This document shows, piece by piece, positions 1-13,689 of a stretch of DNA of 64,000 nucleotides (the stretch's first letter is position 1; each line of letters opens with the position of its first letter). The notes beneath the pieces were generated by a model, which saw only the letters and a list, made by a program, of their open reading frames with translations, was not told the origin of the DNA and did no database searches. Source of the stretch: Bacilli bacterium (GTDB taxonomy: Bacteria; Bacillota_I; Bacilli_A; RFN20; CAG-826); the NCBI GenBank assembly GCA_024408085.1, contig JAKSVH010000002.1, positions 43,613 to 107,612 on the forward strand, in the 5' to 3' direction. The position numbers were made by a program, and so were the translations under genes.

Positions 1-218
1 GGTTCTTCTGGTTCGTCTTCTCTTAAATAAGAGGTGGTACATTCAAATGGGAAAACCATTGGTTCAAGGCTATCGAGTGATTTATCAGAACCAATAATCT
101 CCATTTGTTTTGTGATAACATCAAACTCTTTAAGTAGTGTTTCATACTCAGAGTCAGACATATCAAACAGCAATCTTTTTGCTGCGTCTTTTAATACATT
201 AATATCGTAATTCTTCAT
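1..218 (-). CDS. gatC: Asp/Glu-tRNA(Asn/Gln) amidotransferase subunit C. Partial: the N-terminus starts at 218 and the C-terminus runs off the window.
   Basis: Minus-strand translation from the ATG at 218 gives MKNYDINVLKDAAKRLLFDMSDSEYETLLKEFDVITKQMEIIGSDKSLDSLEPMVFPFECTTSYLREDEPEEP. This has a GatC-like pattern (the ...LREDE... motif and its length). Its position after pcrA-ligA matches the Bacillus gene order pcrA-ligA-...-gatCAB. Confidence 0.55.
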   Translation of the reverse strand, partial: MKNYDINVLKDAAKRLLFDMSDSEYETLLKEFDVITKQMEIIGSDKSLDSLEPMVFPFECTTSYLREDEPEE

Positions 219-235
219 AACGGTTTTATATGATA

Positions 236-4458
<4,223 letters not shown>

Positions 4459-4524
4459 AAATTAATCTGCTTATTACTAAGTAATATTTTACCACAATTA
4501 TACGTATTACTCAAGATTAAAGAA

Positions 4525-4971
4525 TTATTTCAAAAGGTCCATAATTTTCGAATTTCCAGCTACATTTTTAACGAGCGTTTTGTTAGTAATTTTTAGTAGT
4601 GTTGGATAACCCATAATTGCAAGTTGGCTAACATTTATTGCGCCAATCGTATCGGAGACATCATTTTTAATCACGTCTTTGTTTGTTCCTTTCACAAAAT
4701 AAATGTCTCTTCGAGATAGTGCGGTCTCAATTATCCAATTTTTGAGTTCCTGACAGTGATTGCAAGTTGTTGAGTACAGATAAACATAATAGGAGTCCTT
4801 ATTTTGAATCAAAATACTATTCCAATTAATAAAATAGTTTTCAACTTCAAAATATTCATGATCTGCCTCTGGAATTACAATGTCAGAAACATTGATTTTT
4901 TCTTCTTTTTTGGTGAATGTACAGCCCCCGAGAAGAAGCGGGAAAGCTAGTAAAAAATTAAAAGTCCTCAT
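4525..4971 (-). CDS. thioredoxin-fold (TlpA/ResA-like) lipoprotein
   Basis: A CNHC (CxxC) redox motif. The N-terminal signal peptide is followed by LLGGC. The likely true start is the internal Met (MRTFNFLLAFPLLLGGCTF), which would make the ORF-track start at 4998 a 5' over-extension. Confidence 0.5.
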   Translation of the reverse strand: MRTFNFLLAFPLLLGGCTFTKKEEKINVSDIVIPEADHEYFEVENYFINWNSILIQNKDSYYVYLYSTTCNHCQELKNWIIETALSRRDIYFVKGTNKDVIKNDVSDTIGAINVSQLAIMGYPTLLKITNKTLVKNVAGNSKIMDLLK

Positions 4972-5031
4972 ACTACTAATTTCAGGTCTACTTTGCATTT
5001 CCGCTGAAACTTTTTTAAAATAATAGTATTC

Positions 5032-5925
5032 ATGGCACTTTTTTCTAAAAAAGAAACTCTAATAAGATCTATGCCTTTAATGGCAATGATGGCTGCAATT
5101 AACGTCATTTTTTCATTGTTCACAGCCTTCGTTCCTCTTTTGTCTGTAATCCTCATTATTTTTATTCCGCTTACAAGCACTCTTGTTGAGGTTTATTGCA
5201 AAGACAGATATTTTCCAATCTATGCGATTGCAACTTTGGGTCTTTCTGTTGTTGTTTCTTTGAGTGCAATCGACTTTACCTTATTTTATTTAATACCATC
5301 AGTTGTGACTGGTTATGTTTTTGGTCTAATGGCCAAAAAGAACTTCCCAAGTTTATGGGGAATTCTTATCGCATCAATTCTTCAAACAGGAATTTCGTTT
5401 GCGTTCATACCTTTAATTCAATTAATAACTGAGCACAATTTGATTGAAGACATTATTAAAATTTTGAATGTCACCGACAAAACTTACTTCAATAATTTGT
5501 TAATTTTGATGTTCTTTGTTGTGTCTTTAATTCAAACAATTTTGTCATTCATTGTTGTGACTAATGAATTACGAAAATTTGGGGTCAAAAACGACAACGA
5601 AAAAGATTGGAGATTGCCTGTTTCTTTAGCAACAATTTTAAGCTCAGGAATTGCTGTTGGACTCTACTTTGTTTATGTGCCAATTTCCCTATTGTGTGTG
5701 GGATTTGCATGGTATTTTGCGGTTTTTTCGCTTATTTTTGAGATCACAAGAAAGCAAAAAGTTTCAACCATAATCATGGCTTCGATGCTACTTGTAAACT
5801 TGTTCGCTTTTGCTGGTCTAAATCAGTTTGTTGAAAAAGGTAGCGAATTCATCCTTCTTGGAATCGCTCCTTTATGTATTTCATTAATATCTCTCGGATT
5901 TTACTTCTTGAAGAAGCAAAAATAA
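5032..5925 (+). CDS. polytopic membrane protein, unknown function
   Basis: 297 aa with at least 7 hydrophobic helices. No recognisable motif. Confidence 0.4.
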   Translation: MALFSKKETLIRSMPLMAMMAAINVIFSLFTAFVPLLSVILIIFIPLTSTLVEVYCKDRYFPIYAIATLGLSVVVSLSAIDFTLFYLIPSVVTGYVFGLMAKKNFPSLWGILIASILQTGISFAFIPLIQLITEHNLIEDIIKILNVTDKTYFNNLLILMFFVVSLIQTILSFIVVTNELRKFGVKNDNEKDWRLPVSLATILSSGIAVGLYFVYVPISLLCVGFAWYFAVFSLIFEITRKQKVSTIIMASMLLVNLFAFAGLNQFVEKGSEFILLGIAPLCISLISLGFYFLKKQK

Positions 5926-5941
5926 TAGATAGAATATAAAT

Positions 5942-6418
5942 ATGCTAAGTTTCTTAAAAGTATTCGCTAGAGGAATCATTTGCACTGTTTTATTACCGTT
6001 AATTTTAGCAGTGTGGGTTCTTTATGGTGCCTACTGTTTAATCGCATTTATGGTCATGCTTGTTAAGAGCATTATTGTTTTCTTTGCAGGCGGAAATGCA
6101 GCAGGAGAAATGAAAGAAGACATTGAAGCAAAAAGAATTCTTCTTGAGGCTGAACAAGCCAAAGTTGAGCAAGCTCAAGTTATGAACATGATGTATCAAA
6201 ATATGGCTGTACAACAACAAATGATGCAACAACAAATGATGCAACAAGGCATTCCACAACCAGCAATGCCTACACCAGAGCCAGCACCACAACCACAACC
6301 TGCGCAATTTGATCCATTTATTCCAGATGAAGTGCCTAAACAACCTTTGCCGGGCGCTGAAGAGGAACAACCAATAAATAATGGGGAAGGAGGAAATGAC
6401 AATGGTCAGTCTTATTAA
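5942..6418 (+). CDS. membrane protein with a Q/M-repeat, Pro-rich, disordered C-terminus
   Basis: Two N-terminal TM helices, followed by QQQMMQQQMMQQ and PAMPTPEPAPQPQPAQ low-complexity sequence. Confidence 0.4.
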   Translation: MLSFLKVFARGIICTVLLPLILAVWVLYGAYCLIAFMVMLVKSIIVFFAGGNAAGEMKEDIEAKRILLEAEQAKVEQAQVMNMMYQNMAVQQQMMQQQMMQQGIPQPAMPTPEPAPQPQPAQFDPFIPDEVPKQPLPGAEEEQPINNGEGGNDNGQSY

Positions 6419-7034
6419 GCTTACCGAAAATGATAAGAGATTAATCATTGTTTTACTCTTGTTAGTAATCCTTCTTTTCGTTATCGTTGGTTATATTTCT
6501 TTACTTGTAAAGAAAATTATGAACCATCAAGGTTCTAAAGCCGATGGAATGCTTAAAAATGTTGTGGATGCTAAATTGTTCGACAACGAAAAAGCATTTG
6601 TTAAATTTGGTATTAAAAAGAACGTTAGAGTCTTCTTTAAAGAAGCTCGTATTCCTTTCTGTATCATTGCAGCAGGATTCTTGTTCTTGCTTCTCTATTG
6701 CTTGTTCTCTGGCAACTGGCATCCAGGCATCTTTAGTAGAGAAACAGGGTTTGGTTCCTTATTTCCAAAATTAGATACATGGCCAACAGCAGAATTCTTT
6801 GGAATTAAATTAATTAGTGGATGGCCAAAAGTGTTAGAGGCACCGTCATTAAAAGCTGCAGCTTGGTATAGCTACATCTTTGTCCCAGTAGAAGCTGTTG
6901 GAATGGTTTGGTTCCTTATTTACACACAAGCATACATTGCGCGCTCATTACGTATCTATAGGATAGCAAGAGGCATTTATAGAAAAAAGTTGGATGAGCA
7001 ACCTGCAAATCCAACTCCTTCTCAACCACAATAA
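6396..7034 (+). CDS. membrane protein, unknown function
   Basis: Multi-TM ORF. A strong SD (GGAAGGAGG, 6386-6394) sits directly before the ATGs at 6396 and 6402, so the ORF-track start at 6381 is probably an over-extension. The 3' hairpin AATAACC-TTTA-GGTTATT (7031-7048) overlaps the end of the gene. Confidence 0.4.
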   Translation: MTMVSLIKLTENDKRLIIVLLLLVILLFVIVGYISLLVKKIMNHQGSKADGMLKNVVDAKLFDNEKAFVKFGIKKNVRVFFKEARIPFCIIAAGFLFLLLYCLFSGNWHPGIFSRETGFGSLFPKLDTWPTAEFFGIKLISGWPKVLEAPSLKAAAWYSYIFVPVEAVGMVWFLIYTQAYIARSLRIYRIARGIYRKKLDEQPANPTPSQPQ

Positions 7035-7042
7035 CCTTTAGG

Positions 7043-7204
7043 TTATTTTGCTAAAATTACAATTTCATAAATTAACATTGCCACAAGCAATACACCAACA
7101 GCGACGAGCAAACCAAAAATACGGTTAAGCGAGCGCTGTTTTTTTAATGCTGCTTGAGCCTCTGGTGTTAATTCTTCAAGTTCCTTCGATCTATCTCTTA
7201 ACAT
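7043..7204 (-). CDS. candidate small membrane protein (53 aa), below the ORF-track length cutoff
   Basis: Manual minus-strand translation gives MLRDRSKELEELTPEAQAALKKQRSLNRIFGLLVAVGVLLVAMLIYEIVILAK. The ATG lies 2 nt after the asnS stop. The N-terminus is charged and the C-terminus forms a TM helix. There is no SD, so it would need translational coupling. Confidence 0.25.
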   Translation of the reverse strand: MLRDRSKELEELTPEAQAALKKQRSLNRIFGLLVAVGVLLVAMLIYEIVILAK

Positions 7205-7206
7205 AA

Positions 7207-8613
7207 TTAATACTTAATTGGATCGCTGGTTCTTGGGAATGGTTGAACATCTCTGATGTTGCTCATTCCAGTAACGTACATAAGTAAACGGTCAAAGCCG
7301 ATACCAAATCCTGAGTGTGGGCATCCGCCATATTTACGAGTGTCTAAATACCATTCGAGACCTTTTGTGATTCCGAGTTCGTCCATACGTTTCTTAAGTA
7401 AGTCGTAACGTTCTTCTCTTTGTGAACCACCAACGAGTTCTCCAACATATGGAACAAGTAAGTCACAAGCTGCAACTGTTTTTCCGTCGTCATTTTGTCT
7501 CATATAGAAGGCTTTCATTTCTTTTGGATAATCAGTTACAAAGACTGGTCCTTTGATAACTTGTTCGGTGATATAACGTTCATGTTCTGATTGCATATCC
7601 ATACCCCAGAAAATATCGTTATTCTCAAATTTATGGCCGTTTTCCTGGGCTTTTTTGAGTTCTTCGATAGCTTCGGTGTATGTCATTCTCTTAAATTCAG
7701 AGTGCAAAACATGATGTAATCTATCCTTTAAGGTTTTGTCGATAAAGTTGTTGAAGAAATCCATTTCGTCTGGGCAACCATGAAGTGCTTTATCGATACA
7801 ATATTTGATACATGCTTCAATGCAATCCATGTCATCTGAGAGATCACAGAATGCCATTTCTGGTTCAATCATCCAGAATTCTGAAGCGTGACGAGTTGTA
7901 TTTGAATGTTCTGCTCTAAATGTTGGGCCAAATGTATAAACATCGCGGAATGCCATTGCGAATGGTTCAACGTGCAATTGACCTGAAACTGTTAAAGCAA
8001 CATCTTTGCCGAAGAATTCAGTTCTTGAGTTCTTTGGTCCAGTAACAATACCAAAGGTATTTCCAGCACCTTCACAGTCATTTGCGGTGAAAAGTGGGGT
8101 ATGGACATACATAAATCCTTCGTTTTGGAAGAATTCATGAATTGCCATAGCCATGGCATTTCTCATACGGAAAACAGCGTTGAAAGTATTTGCTCTTGGT
8201 CTTAAGTGAGCAATCTCTCTTAAGAATTCCATTGAGTGAGCTTTCTTTTGAAGCGGGTAGTCTGGATCAACTGCACCAGTAAGCTCAAATTCTTTAACTT
8301 GGATTTCAAATGGTTGTTTTGCGTCTGGAGTTAAAACTAAATCTCCAATTACAGTTAATGCAGCACCTGTATTAATGTGGCTTAAAGCATTGTAATCTTT
8401 TACAACCTTTGCATCATAAACCAATTGAACATTTTTAAAGCATGAACCATCATTTAAAGCGATAAATCCAACTGAACCGTTGTCACGGTTAGTTCTGACC
8501 CATCCTTGAACATAGACAGATTTTAATCCGTCTAAGATTTCCTTCATTTCCTTATCATCTTGTGAATTAACAAGAGTATAAAGGTCTGCTACTAAAACGC
8601 TTTTTGTTTCCAT
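7207..8613 (-). CDS. asnS: asparaginyl-tRNA synthetase
   Basis: 468 aa class II aaRS. FRAEHSNTTRHASEFWMIEPEMAF and GGSQREERYDLL motifs. AsnRS-length N-terminal OB domain. Confidence 0.85.
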   Translation of the reverse strand: METKSVLVADLYTLVNSQDDKEMKEILDGLKSVYVQGWVRTNRDNGSVGFIALNDGSCFKNVQLVYDAKVVKDYNALSHINTGAALTVIGDLVLTPDAKQPFEIQVKEFELTGAVDPDYPLQKKAHSMEFLREIAHLRPRANTFNAVFRMRNAMAMAIHEFFQNEGFMYVHTPLFTANDCEGAGNTFGIVTGPKNSRTEFFGKDVALTVSGQLHVEPFAMAFRDVYTFGPTFRAEHSNTTRHASEFWMIEPEMAFCDLSDDMDCIEACIKYCIDKALHGCPDEMDFFNNFIDKTLKDRLHHVLHSEFKRMTYTEAIEELKKAQENGHKFENNDIFWGMDMQSEHERYITEQVIKGPVFVTDYPKEMKAFYMRQNDDGKTVAACDLLVPYVGELVGGSQREERYDLLKKRMDELGITKGLEWYLDTRKYGGCPHSGFGIGFDRLLMYVTGMSNIRDVQPFPRTSDPIKY

Positions 8614-8664
8614 ATCTATAACCTCCGATATTGTTATACATTATATCAAACAGTTAACTGTTGA

Positions 8665-9675
8665 CTAGAATGTTTTATATTTATCAATGCGCCAGTTAGG
8701 GTCGCATGATACTGTATTCGGGCATGTAATACCCATTTTCCATAAGTGTTCTGCTAAACGAACAATCATGGCAGCATTGTCTGTTGTACACCAGATTGGT
8801 GGAACAATTAAATCTATATTAGTACCATCAAGTCTTTGGTGCATTTGTTCTCTTAGGTATGAGTTTGCACTAACGCCACCAGCGAGAACAACTTGTTTAA
8901 TTTCATATCTCTTAAGAGCTTTGTCTAAACGATCCATGACCATTCCAACTGCTGTATCTTGGAATGATTTACATAAATCAGGAATTCTAATCTCATTACC
9001 GCGAGCTTTTTCGTTATTAACTAAGTTAATAACTGCAGTTTTAAGTCCTGAATATGAGAAATTTAATGAGTTATCATGTAAAGGCATTGGTAAATCGTAA
9101 GTGTGTTTGCCTTCTTTTGATAATCTATCAATTGGGATTCCTCCTGGATAAGGAAGTCCAATAGTTCTAGCGACTTTGTCGAAGCACTCTCCAATTGCGT
9201 CATCCTTGGTTTCACCAATGATTTCAAAATCCATATCTTCTTTCATATAAACGAATTCGGTGTTACCACCGCTAACGACTATAGAAAGAAGCGGGAATGT
9301 TAATGGTTTTACGTACTCATTAGCATAAATATGAGCTGCTAAGTGATGTACTGGAATAAGTGGTTTGTGGTACAAAGTAGCTAATGTCTTAGCGACTTGC
9401 ATTCCTATGTGTAATGCGCCAATTAAACCTGGGCCACGAGTGAATGCAAATGCATCAACTTGTTCTAGCGATATGTTTGCTTTGCGCAACGCCTCGTCTA
9501 AGACATAAAGAGCATTTTCACAATGAAGTCTACTTGCAAGTTCAGGCATAACACCACCAAATTGTTGGTGCATTTCTATTTGAGTTGCGACAACGTTGCT
9601 TAAAAGTTCACCGTCTTTGATGATTGCGATACTTGTTTCGTCACAACTTGATTCAATTCCTAATATAATTGCCAT
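8665..9675 (-). CDS. tsaD: tRNA N6-adenosine threonylcarbamoyltransferase
   Basis: The LGIESSCDETSIAI N-terminus is typical of Kae1/TsaD. 336 aa. Confidence 0.9.
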   Translation of the reverse strand: MAIILGIESSCDETSIAIIKDGELLSNVVATQIEMHQQFGGVMPELASRLHCENALYVLDEALRKANISLEQVDAFAFTRGPGLIGALHIGMQVAKTLATLYHKPLIPVHHLAAHIYANEYVKPLTFPLLSIVVSGGNTEFVYMKEDMDFEIIGETKDDAIGECFDKVARTIGLPYPGGIPIDRLSKEGKHTYDLPMPLHDNSLNFSYSGLKTAVINLVNNEKARGNEIRIPDLCKSFQDTAVGMVMDRLDKALKRYEIKQVVLAGGVSANSYLREQMHQRLDGTNIDLIVPPIWCTTDNAAMIVRLAEHLWKMGITCPNTVSCDPNWRIDKYKTF

Positions 9676-9676
9676 T

Positions 9677-10123
9677 TTATAACCTCTTAAGCATGTAGAG
9701 GGCGTTCTCTCCGTCCTTGTAGTAGTTCTTCTTCACCACAACAAGTTCATAACCGTTTTTGAGATATAACGCTTTTGCAGCTTCATTGCTTTCCCTAACT
9801 TCTAAAGTGATTGTTTCGACTACGTCATCAATCTCTTTTGGGAAAGAATGTTCCATTTCACTCAACAATTGAGTGGCGATGCCCTGTCCCCTAAATTTAT
9901 TAGTGACAGCGACTTGCATTATTGTGGATGAATTGAAGGTAATTAAGAAGTCAATAAATCCAATAATTTTTCCTTCAGATTCAGCAACAATAATTTTGTT
10001 TACAGGATTCTCATTGAACTCATATTCCAATTCCTTACGTGTATAAGGTTGTTTGAAACATTCATTTTCAATTTCTAGAACCTGTTCGAAGTCTTCTTGC
10101 TTTGCAAGTCTGTATTTAATCAT
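9677..10123 (-). CDS. rimI: ribosomal-protein-alanine N-acetyltransferase (GNAT)
   Basis: 148 aa GNAT (QVAVTNKFRGQGIATQLL). Located between tsaD and tsaB, as in the Bacillus tsaE-tsaB-rimI-tsaD operon. Confidence 0.75.
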   Translation of the reverse strand: MIKYRLAKQEDFEQVLEIENECFKQPYTRKELEYEFNENPVNKIIVAESEGKIIGFIDFLITFNSSTIMQVAVTNKFRGQGIATQLLSEMEHSFPKEIDDVVETITLEVRESNEAAKALYLKNGYELVVVKKNYYKDGENALYMLKRL

Positions 10124-10710
10124 TTTCCAAGTTCCTTTAAGTAAACTGGATTTAGAGTAAAGACATTTTCGACTTCTTCATCTTTATTAAAATCAGCTAA
10201 GTTTGCTAAGATATCAAACTCTCCTGACTCTAAACTAATTTGGTAGGTGTCTCCATTAACTAAATAGTCTGGATGATCCTTAATGTATGCCAAGACTTCT
10301 TCGTTGGTTTTGACACAATCTTTTTCAATAACTTTATGTCCTTCATAGACTGCGAAATAGCTTCTTCCGCTTCTTGCATTAAACAAACAAATAGTTGGTT
10401 TTTCTGCGTGTTTTAGCAAAGATAATGAGGATTTTGCGTAGATTTTGATCTTTAAAGCATAAGCGATGGTCTTTGCAATTGTGACTCCAATTCTCACACC
10501 TGTGTATGAGCCTGGGCCTATACCTACGACCACTGCATCAAGTTCTTCTTTTGCAATTTTGTTTCTTGTCAAAATGTTATCAACTTCGGTTACCATCATT
10601 TCGCTTTGTCTTTGCCAAGCTTCATAATAAACCTTGTCGATAACCTTTCCGTCTTTTGCAATACCAACGGATAAGAAAACATTTGAGCTGTCTAATAATA
10701 ATTGATACAT
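10120..10710 (-). CDS. tsaB: tRNA threonylcarbamoyladenosine biosynthesis protein TsaB (YeaZ)
   Basis: 196 aa. Inactive Kae1-like fold (GIGPGSYTGVRIG). Operon context. Confidence 0.8.
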   Translation of the reverse strand: MYQLLLDSSNVFLSVGIAKDGKVIDKVYYEAWQRQSEMMVTEVDNILTRNKIAKEELDAVVVGIGPGSYTGVRIGVTIAKTIAYALKIKIYAKSSLSLLKHAEKPTICLFNARSGRSYFAVYEGHKVIEKDCVKTNEEVLAYIKDHPDYLVNGDTYQISLESGEFDILANLADFNKDEEVENVFTLNPVYLKELGK

Positions 10711-11172
10711 TTACTTACCTTCTAAAGCATCAAATAGAGCTTTATAGTTATCGTTCTTGTCAATAATTTCAATTTCGCGAATATTGTCATCAATTCTCTT
10801 AATGGAGATTTCGATATGCTTCGCTGAAATGAGAGGTTCAATAAACACTGGCCATTCAATGAATGTAATTCCGTTTCCTTCAATAAATTCATCAAGACCA
10901 ATATCAATGTTTTGATTCTCTAAACGATAGGCGTCAATATGGAAAACATTTGGTTTAACTTCAAAATAACATTTCAAAATGTTAAATGTTGGAGAAATAA
11001 CATGATCATGATAACCAAGTTCGTTTAATGCACCAGAAACAAACATAGTTTTTCCAGCACCTAAATCTCCAGTTAAAAGAACAACATCGCCGCCTTTAAG
11101 TTCTCTAACAATCTTGGCTGCTAATGCTCTTGTTTCTTCTGAATTTTTTGAAATTACTTTGTATTTCAACAT
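10711..11172 (-). CDS. tsaE: tRNA t6A ATPase TsaE (YjeE)
   Basis: 153 aa. Walker A motif LTGDLGAGKT. Operon context. Confidence 0.8.
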   Translation of the reverse strand: MLKYKVISKNSEETRALAAKIVRELKGGDVVLLTGDLGAGKTMFVSGALNELGYHDHVISPTFNILKCYFEVKPNVFHIDAYRLENQNIDIGLDEFIEGNGITFIEWPVFIEPLISAKHIEISIKRIDDNIREIEIIDKNDNYKALFDALEGK

Positions 11173-11231
11173 ACCTAAGCCCTGATATATTATAGCAAGT
11201 TTGAAAAATTATTATATAATATTTCATAATT

Positions 11232-12119
11232 ATGATGAAAAAAGTTATTATTATCGGCGCTGGACCAATAGGTTTATACTTCGCATCTTTATGTGAAGAA
11301 AGAGGTATCGATTACCTCGTTTTAGAAGGTTCAAATAAAGTAGGCGGACAGATCTCACATTTGTACCCAGAAAAAGAGGTTGTTGACCTTCCGAATATTG
11401 AGTCAATTAAGGCTATAGATTATATAAGATTATTAGAGGGTAAAGTTAACCCTAAAAATATCGTTTTTGAGGCTCGTGTTGAGTCAATCAAAAAAGGTGA
11501 AAATATTGAGGTTTCTACGGGAAAATCCACGTATTTTTGCGAGAAACTCGTTATTGCGGCAGGTCTCGGAGCATCTGTTCCTAGACCACTTGGAGTCGAA
11601 CACGAAAGCGAGGTTTCAAACATCATTTATTCAGTCCATGATTTCTCTCACTTAAAAGACAAACGTGTTGCTATTTTTGGAGGTGGAGATTCAGCACTAG
11701 ATTGGGCTAAAGAAATCTCTGCAATTTCTGATCACGTTCACCTCATTCATAGACGTATGGAATTTAGAGGAAATCCAGAAACAATTAAAGATTGCAAAAA
11801 TTTAACAATTCACCTTCCGTTTGTTCCAGGTTCAATTGAAGTTAAAGACGGAAAAGCTGTCTCAGTTACCATCAACAAAGTGGATGAAGAAGGAAAATCT
11901 GAAACTATTCCAGTAGATTACATCTTTGTTAACTACGGAAACGTTGCAAAACAATCGGACTTCCCATTTGAAAAAGAAGGTTTGTTCTTAAAAGTTAATG
12001 AGAACTGTGAAATTGAAAAGAATATTTTTGCTATTGGCGATATTTGTGCATACGAAAATAAAACCAGACGCATGGCGCCTGGTATTAACGAAGCAAATAA
12101 AGTAATTAAACTTATTTAG
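11232..12119 (+). CDS. FAD/NAD(P)-binding oxidoreductase, thioredoxin-reductase-like (ferredoxin-NADP reductase type)
   Basis: GAGPIGLYFA dinucleotide fold and a second GGGDSALDWA motif. There is no CxxC redox-active pair, so it is more like YumC-type FNR than TrxB. Confidence 0.55.
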   Translation: MMKKVIIIGAGPIGLYFASLCEERGIDYLVLEGSNKVGGQISHLYPEKEVVDLPNIESIKAIDYIRLLEGKVNPKNIVFEARVESIKKGENIEVSTGKSTYFCEKLVIAAGLGASVPRPLGVEHESEVSNIIYSVHDFSHLKDKRVAIFGGGDSALDWAKEISAISDHVHLIHRRMEFRGNPETIKDCKNLTIHLPFVPGSIEVKDGKAVSVTINKVDEEGKSETIPVDYIFVNYGNVAKQSDFPFEKEGLFLKVNENCEIEKNIFAIGDICAYENKTRRMAPGINEANKVIKLI

Positions 12120-12642
12120 AAGTTTCTTCTAAAAATTTATCGTAATATTTATGAATTTCCTCATCAACAAAAGGAAATTCTTTTTTATTAATTGCATCAT
12201 AGATGCTATTAACAGATTTCTCTAAAATCTCTTTGATGTCATTGCTATAACCTTGTTCTTCAGCGTGTTTTCTGTATTCAGACACGTCTAGTAGACGTGT
12301 TGTGCCGTCTCCATAGAGTTTTACATCAAGATCATAATCAATGTACTTAATGAAGCCTTTATCAAAAATTGCTGGTGATGCAATGTTTACATAGTAACAA
12401 ATGCCAGTTTCCTTAAACATCGCAATAACATTGAACCATTTTTTCTTTGAAAGGATAAAAATTGCTGGTTCTTTTGTGTGCCATTTGCGACCATCAGATT
12501 CGACAACTGCTGCTCTTATAGAGGCAAGAACAAAATAATCATCGTTGTCTTCTAGACAATATGAATGTGACCATTCACGATGAAGTTGCTCGTTATGCTT
12601 GTAAGCTTGGATAATAATCCACTTCTTTTCTAGTGAAAACAT
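12112..12642 (-). CDS. DUF402-family protein (Ntdp/YgaC-like nucleoside di/triphosphatase), tentative
   Basis: 176 aa. ...YIDYDLDVKLYGDG... resembles the DUF402 core. 8-nt convergent overlap with the oxidoreductase gene. Confidence 0.4.
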   Translation of the reverse strand: MFSLEKKWIIIQAYKHNEQLHREWSHSYCLEDNDDYFVLASIRAAVVESDGRKWHTKEPAIFILSKKKWFNVIAMFKETGICYYVNIASPAIFDKGFIKYIDYDLDVKLYGDGTTRLLDVSEYRKHAEEQGYSNDIKEILEKSVNSIYDAINKKEFPFVDEEIHKYYDKFLEETSK

Positions 12643-13640
12643 TATTTATTTAAAGCCTCCACGACCTTGATAACTTTGCCTAAATCTTTCTTAAATTGTT
12701 CATTTGGTCTTGGATCAAATTGGTTTTGTAATGGTAATACCATTAATGGGTCATCATAACCAAAGCAAACAAAGATTTTTCCGTCATGCATTGAGATTGC
12801 TAAATCAACTAAAACTTTGTTCATTTCAATGCCGTCTAACATCTTTTTAATAGCTGGTTTGACGATTTTCTTAACATCTGCTGAATTTGAATAGATGACA
12901 TATTTAGTATTGTCTTCGACAACCTTAAGTTCTGAAACGTTTGTTGGAGGAAGAGCTCTTTCGTTACCCTTGAAGTAGATAACAATAGATTGTTCTCCTA
13001 AGTATTTGGTTGCGCAATGAAGTAATTTTCCAACAAATACTGGGCGCATACGTTTGTCGTCTTTGATTTGTCCTGCACAATCAACAATTCTCATAGGAAT
13101 TCCATTGTATTCAAATTCTGTAAGACCTCTAGAACCAACATCAACGATGTCTTTGTAAAGATTGGTATCTCTAAAGAAATCAATATCAATTTTTCCTGGT
13201 TCTTGAAGAACTGGTTCAGAGAAACCTTCTTGATCCATTGCAAATTCATTTACCTTTTTGTAATAGAAATTGAAGTATTTTTTCATCTTTCCGTTCATAG
13301 AACGTTTTGTGAATACTGAGTATCCAAATGTACCAGCTAAAGCAACAACGACGATACCAAGCATTAAGCCTGTTTTGAGATTATCGTTATCTTTTATAAC
13401 GTTTGGTACAACAATGCAACCAACAACGATTGCTGCAATACAAATAACTGAAATAATCCATTTTAAAGTATTTTGAATTCTGAAAGTTTTAAAAAACTTT
13501 TGTCTTTCTTGTTCAATTTCTTCAAGTGGTTTTGCACTATATTCGATTGGTTTAACTTCTTCTTCAGGTGCAGGAACGTAGTCGTTTTGAACTTCGTTCT
13601 CAACTACTACTTCTTCTTGTTTTTCTTCTTGTTTTTTCAT
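12642..13640 (-). CDS. hypothetical membrane protein with an acidic N-terminal tail
   Basis: 332 aa. N-terminus is E/Q-rich (KKQEEKQEEVVVENE...), followed by 2 TM helices and a roughly 200-aa domain of unknown function. Confidence 0.35.
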   Translation of the reverse strand: MKKQEEKQEEVVVENEVQNDYVPAPEEEVKPIEYSAKPLEEIEQERQKFFKTFRIQNTLKWIISVICIAAIVVGCIVVPNVIKDNDNLKTGLMLGIVVVALAGTFGYSVFTKRSMNGKMKKYFNFYYKKVNEFAMDQEGFSEPVLQEPGKIDIDFFRDTNLYKDIVDVGSRGLTEFEYNGIPMRIVDCAGQIKDDKRMRPVFVGKLLHCATKYLGEQSIVIYFKGNERALPPTNVSELKVVEDNTKYVIYSNSADVKKIVKPAIKKMLDGIEMNKVLVDLAISMHDGKIFVCFGYDDPLMVLPLQNQFDPRPNEQFKKDLGKVIKVVEALNK

Positions 13641-13689
13641 AAGTATTTCAACTCCAATGTCGAAATAATATTAAATTATAATCAAAGCA

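Noticed and set aside
4968-5180. 70-aa minus-strand ORF
   Set aside because: It overlaps the start of the plus-strand membrane-protein gene and the extended start of the thioredoxin-like gene. It has no SD and is probably spurious.
6038-6448. Minus-strand ORFs (136 and 68 aa) rich in Cys, Trp and Leu
   Set aside because: They are antisense to the Q/P-rich low-complexity tail of the 5942..6418 gene and are compositional artefacts.
8614-8664. Possible T-box or other leader upstream of asnS and lysS
   Set aside because: The intergenic regions are only about 50 nt, which is too short for a T-box leader. No specifier or T-box consensus was seen.
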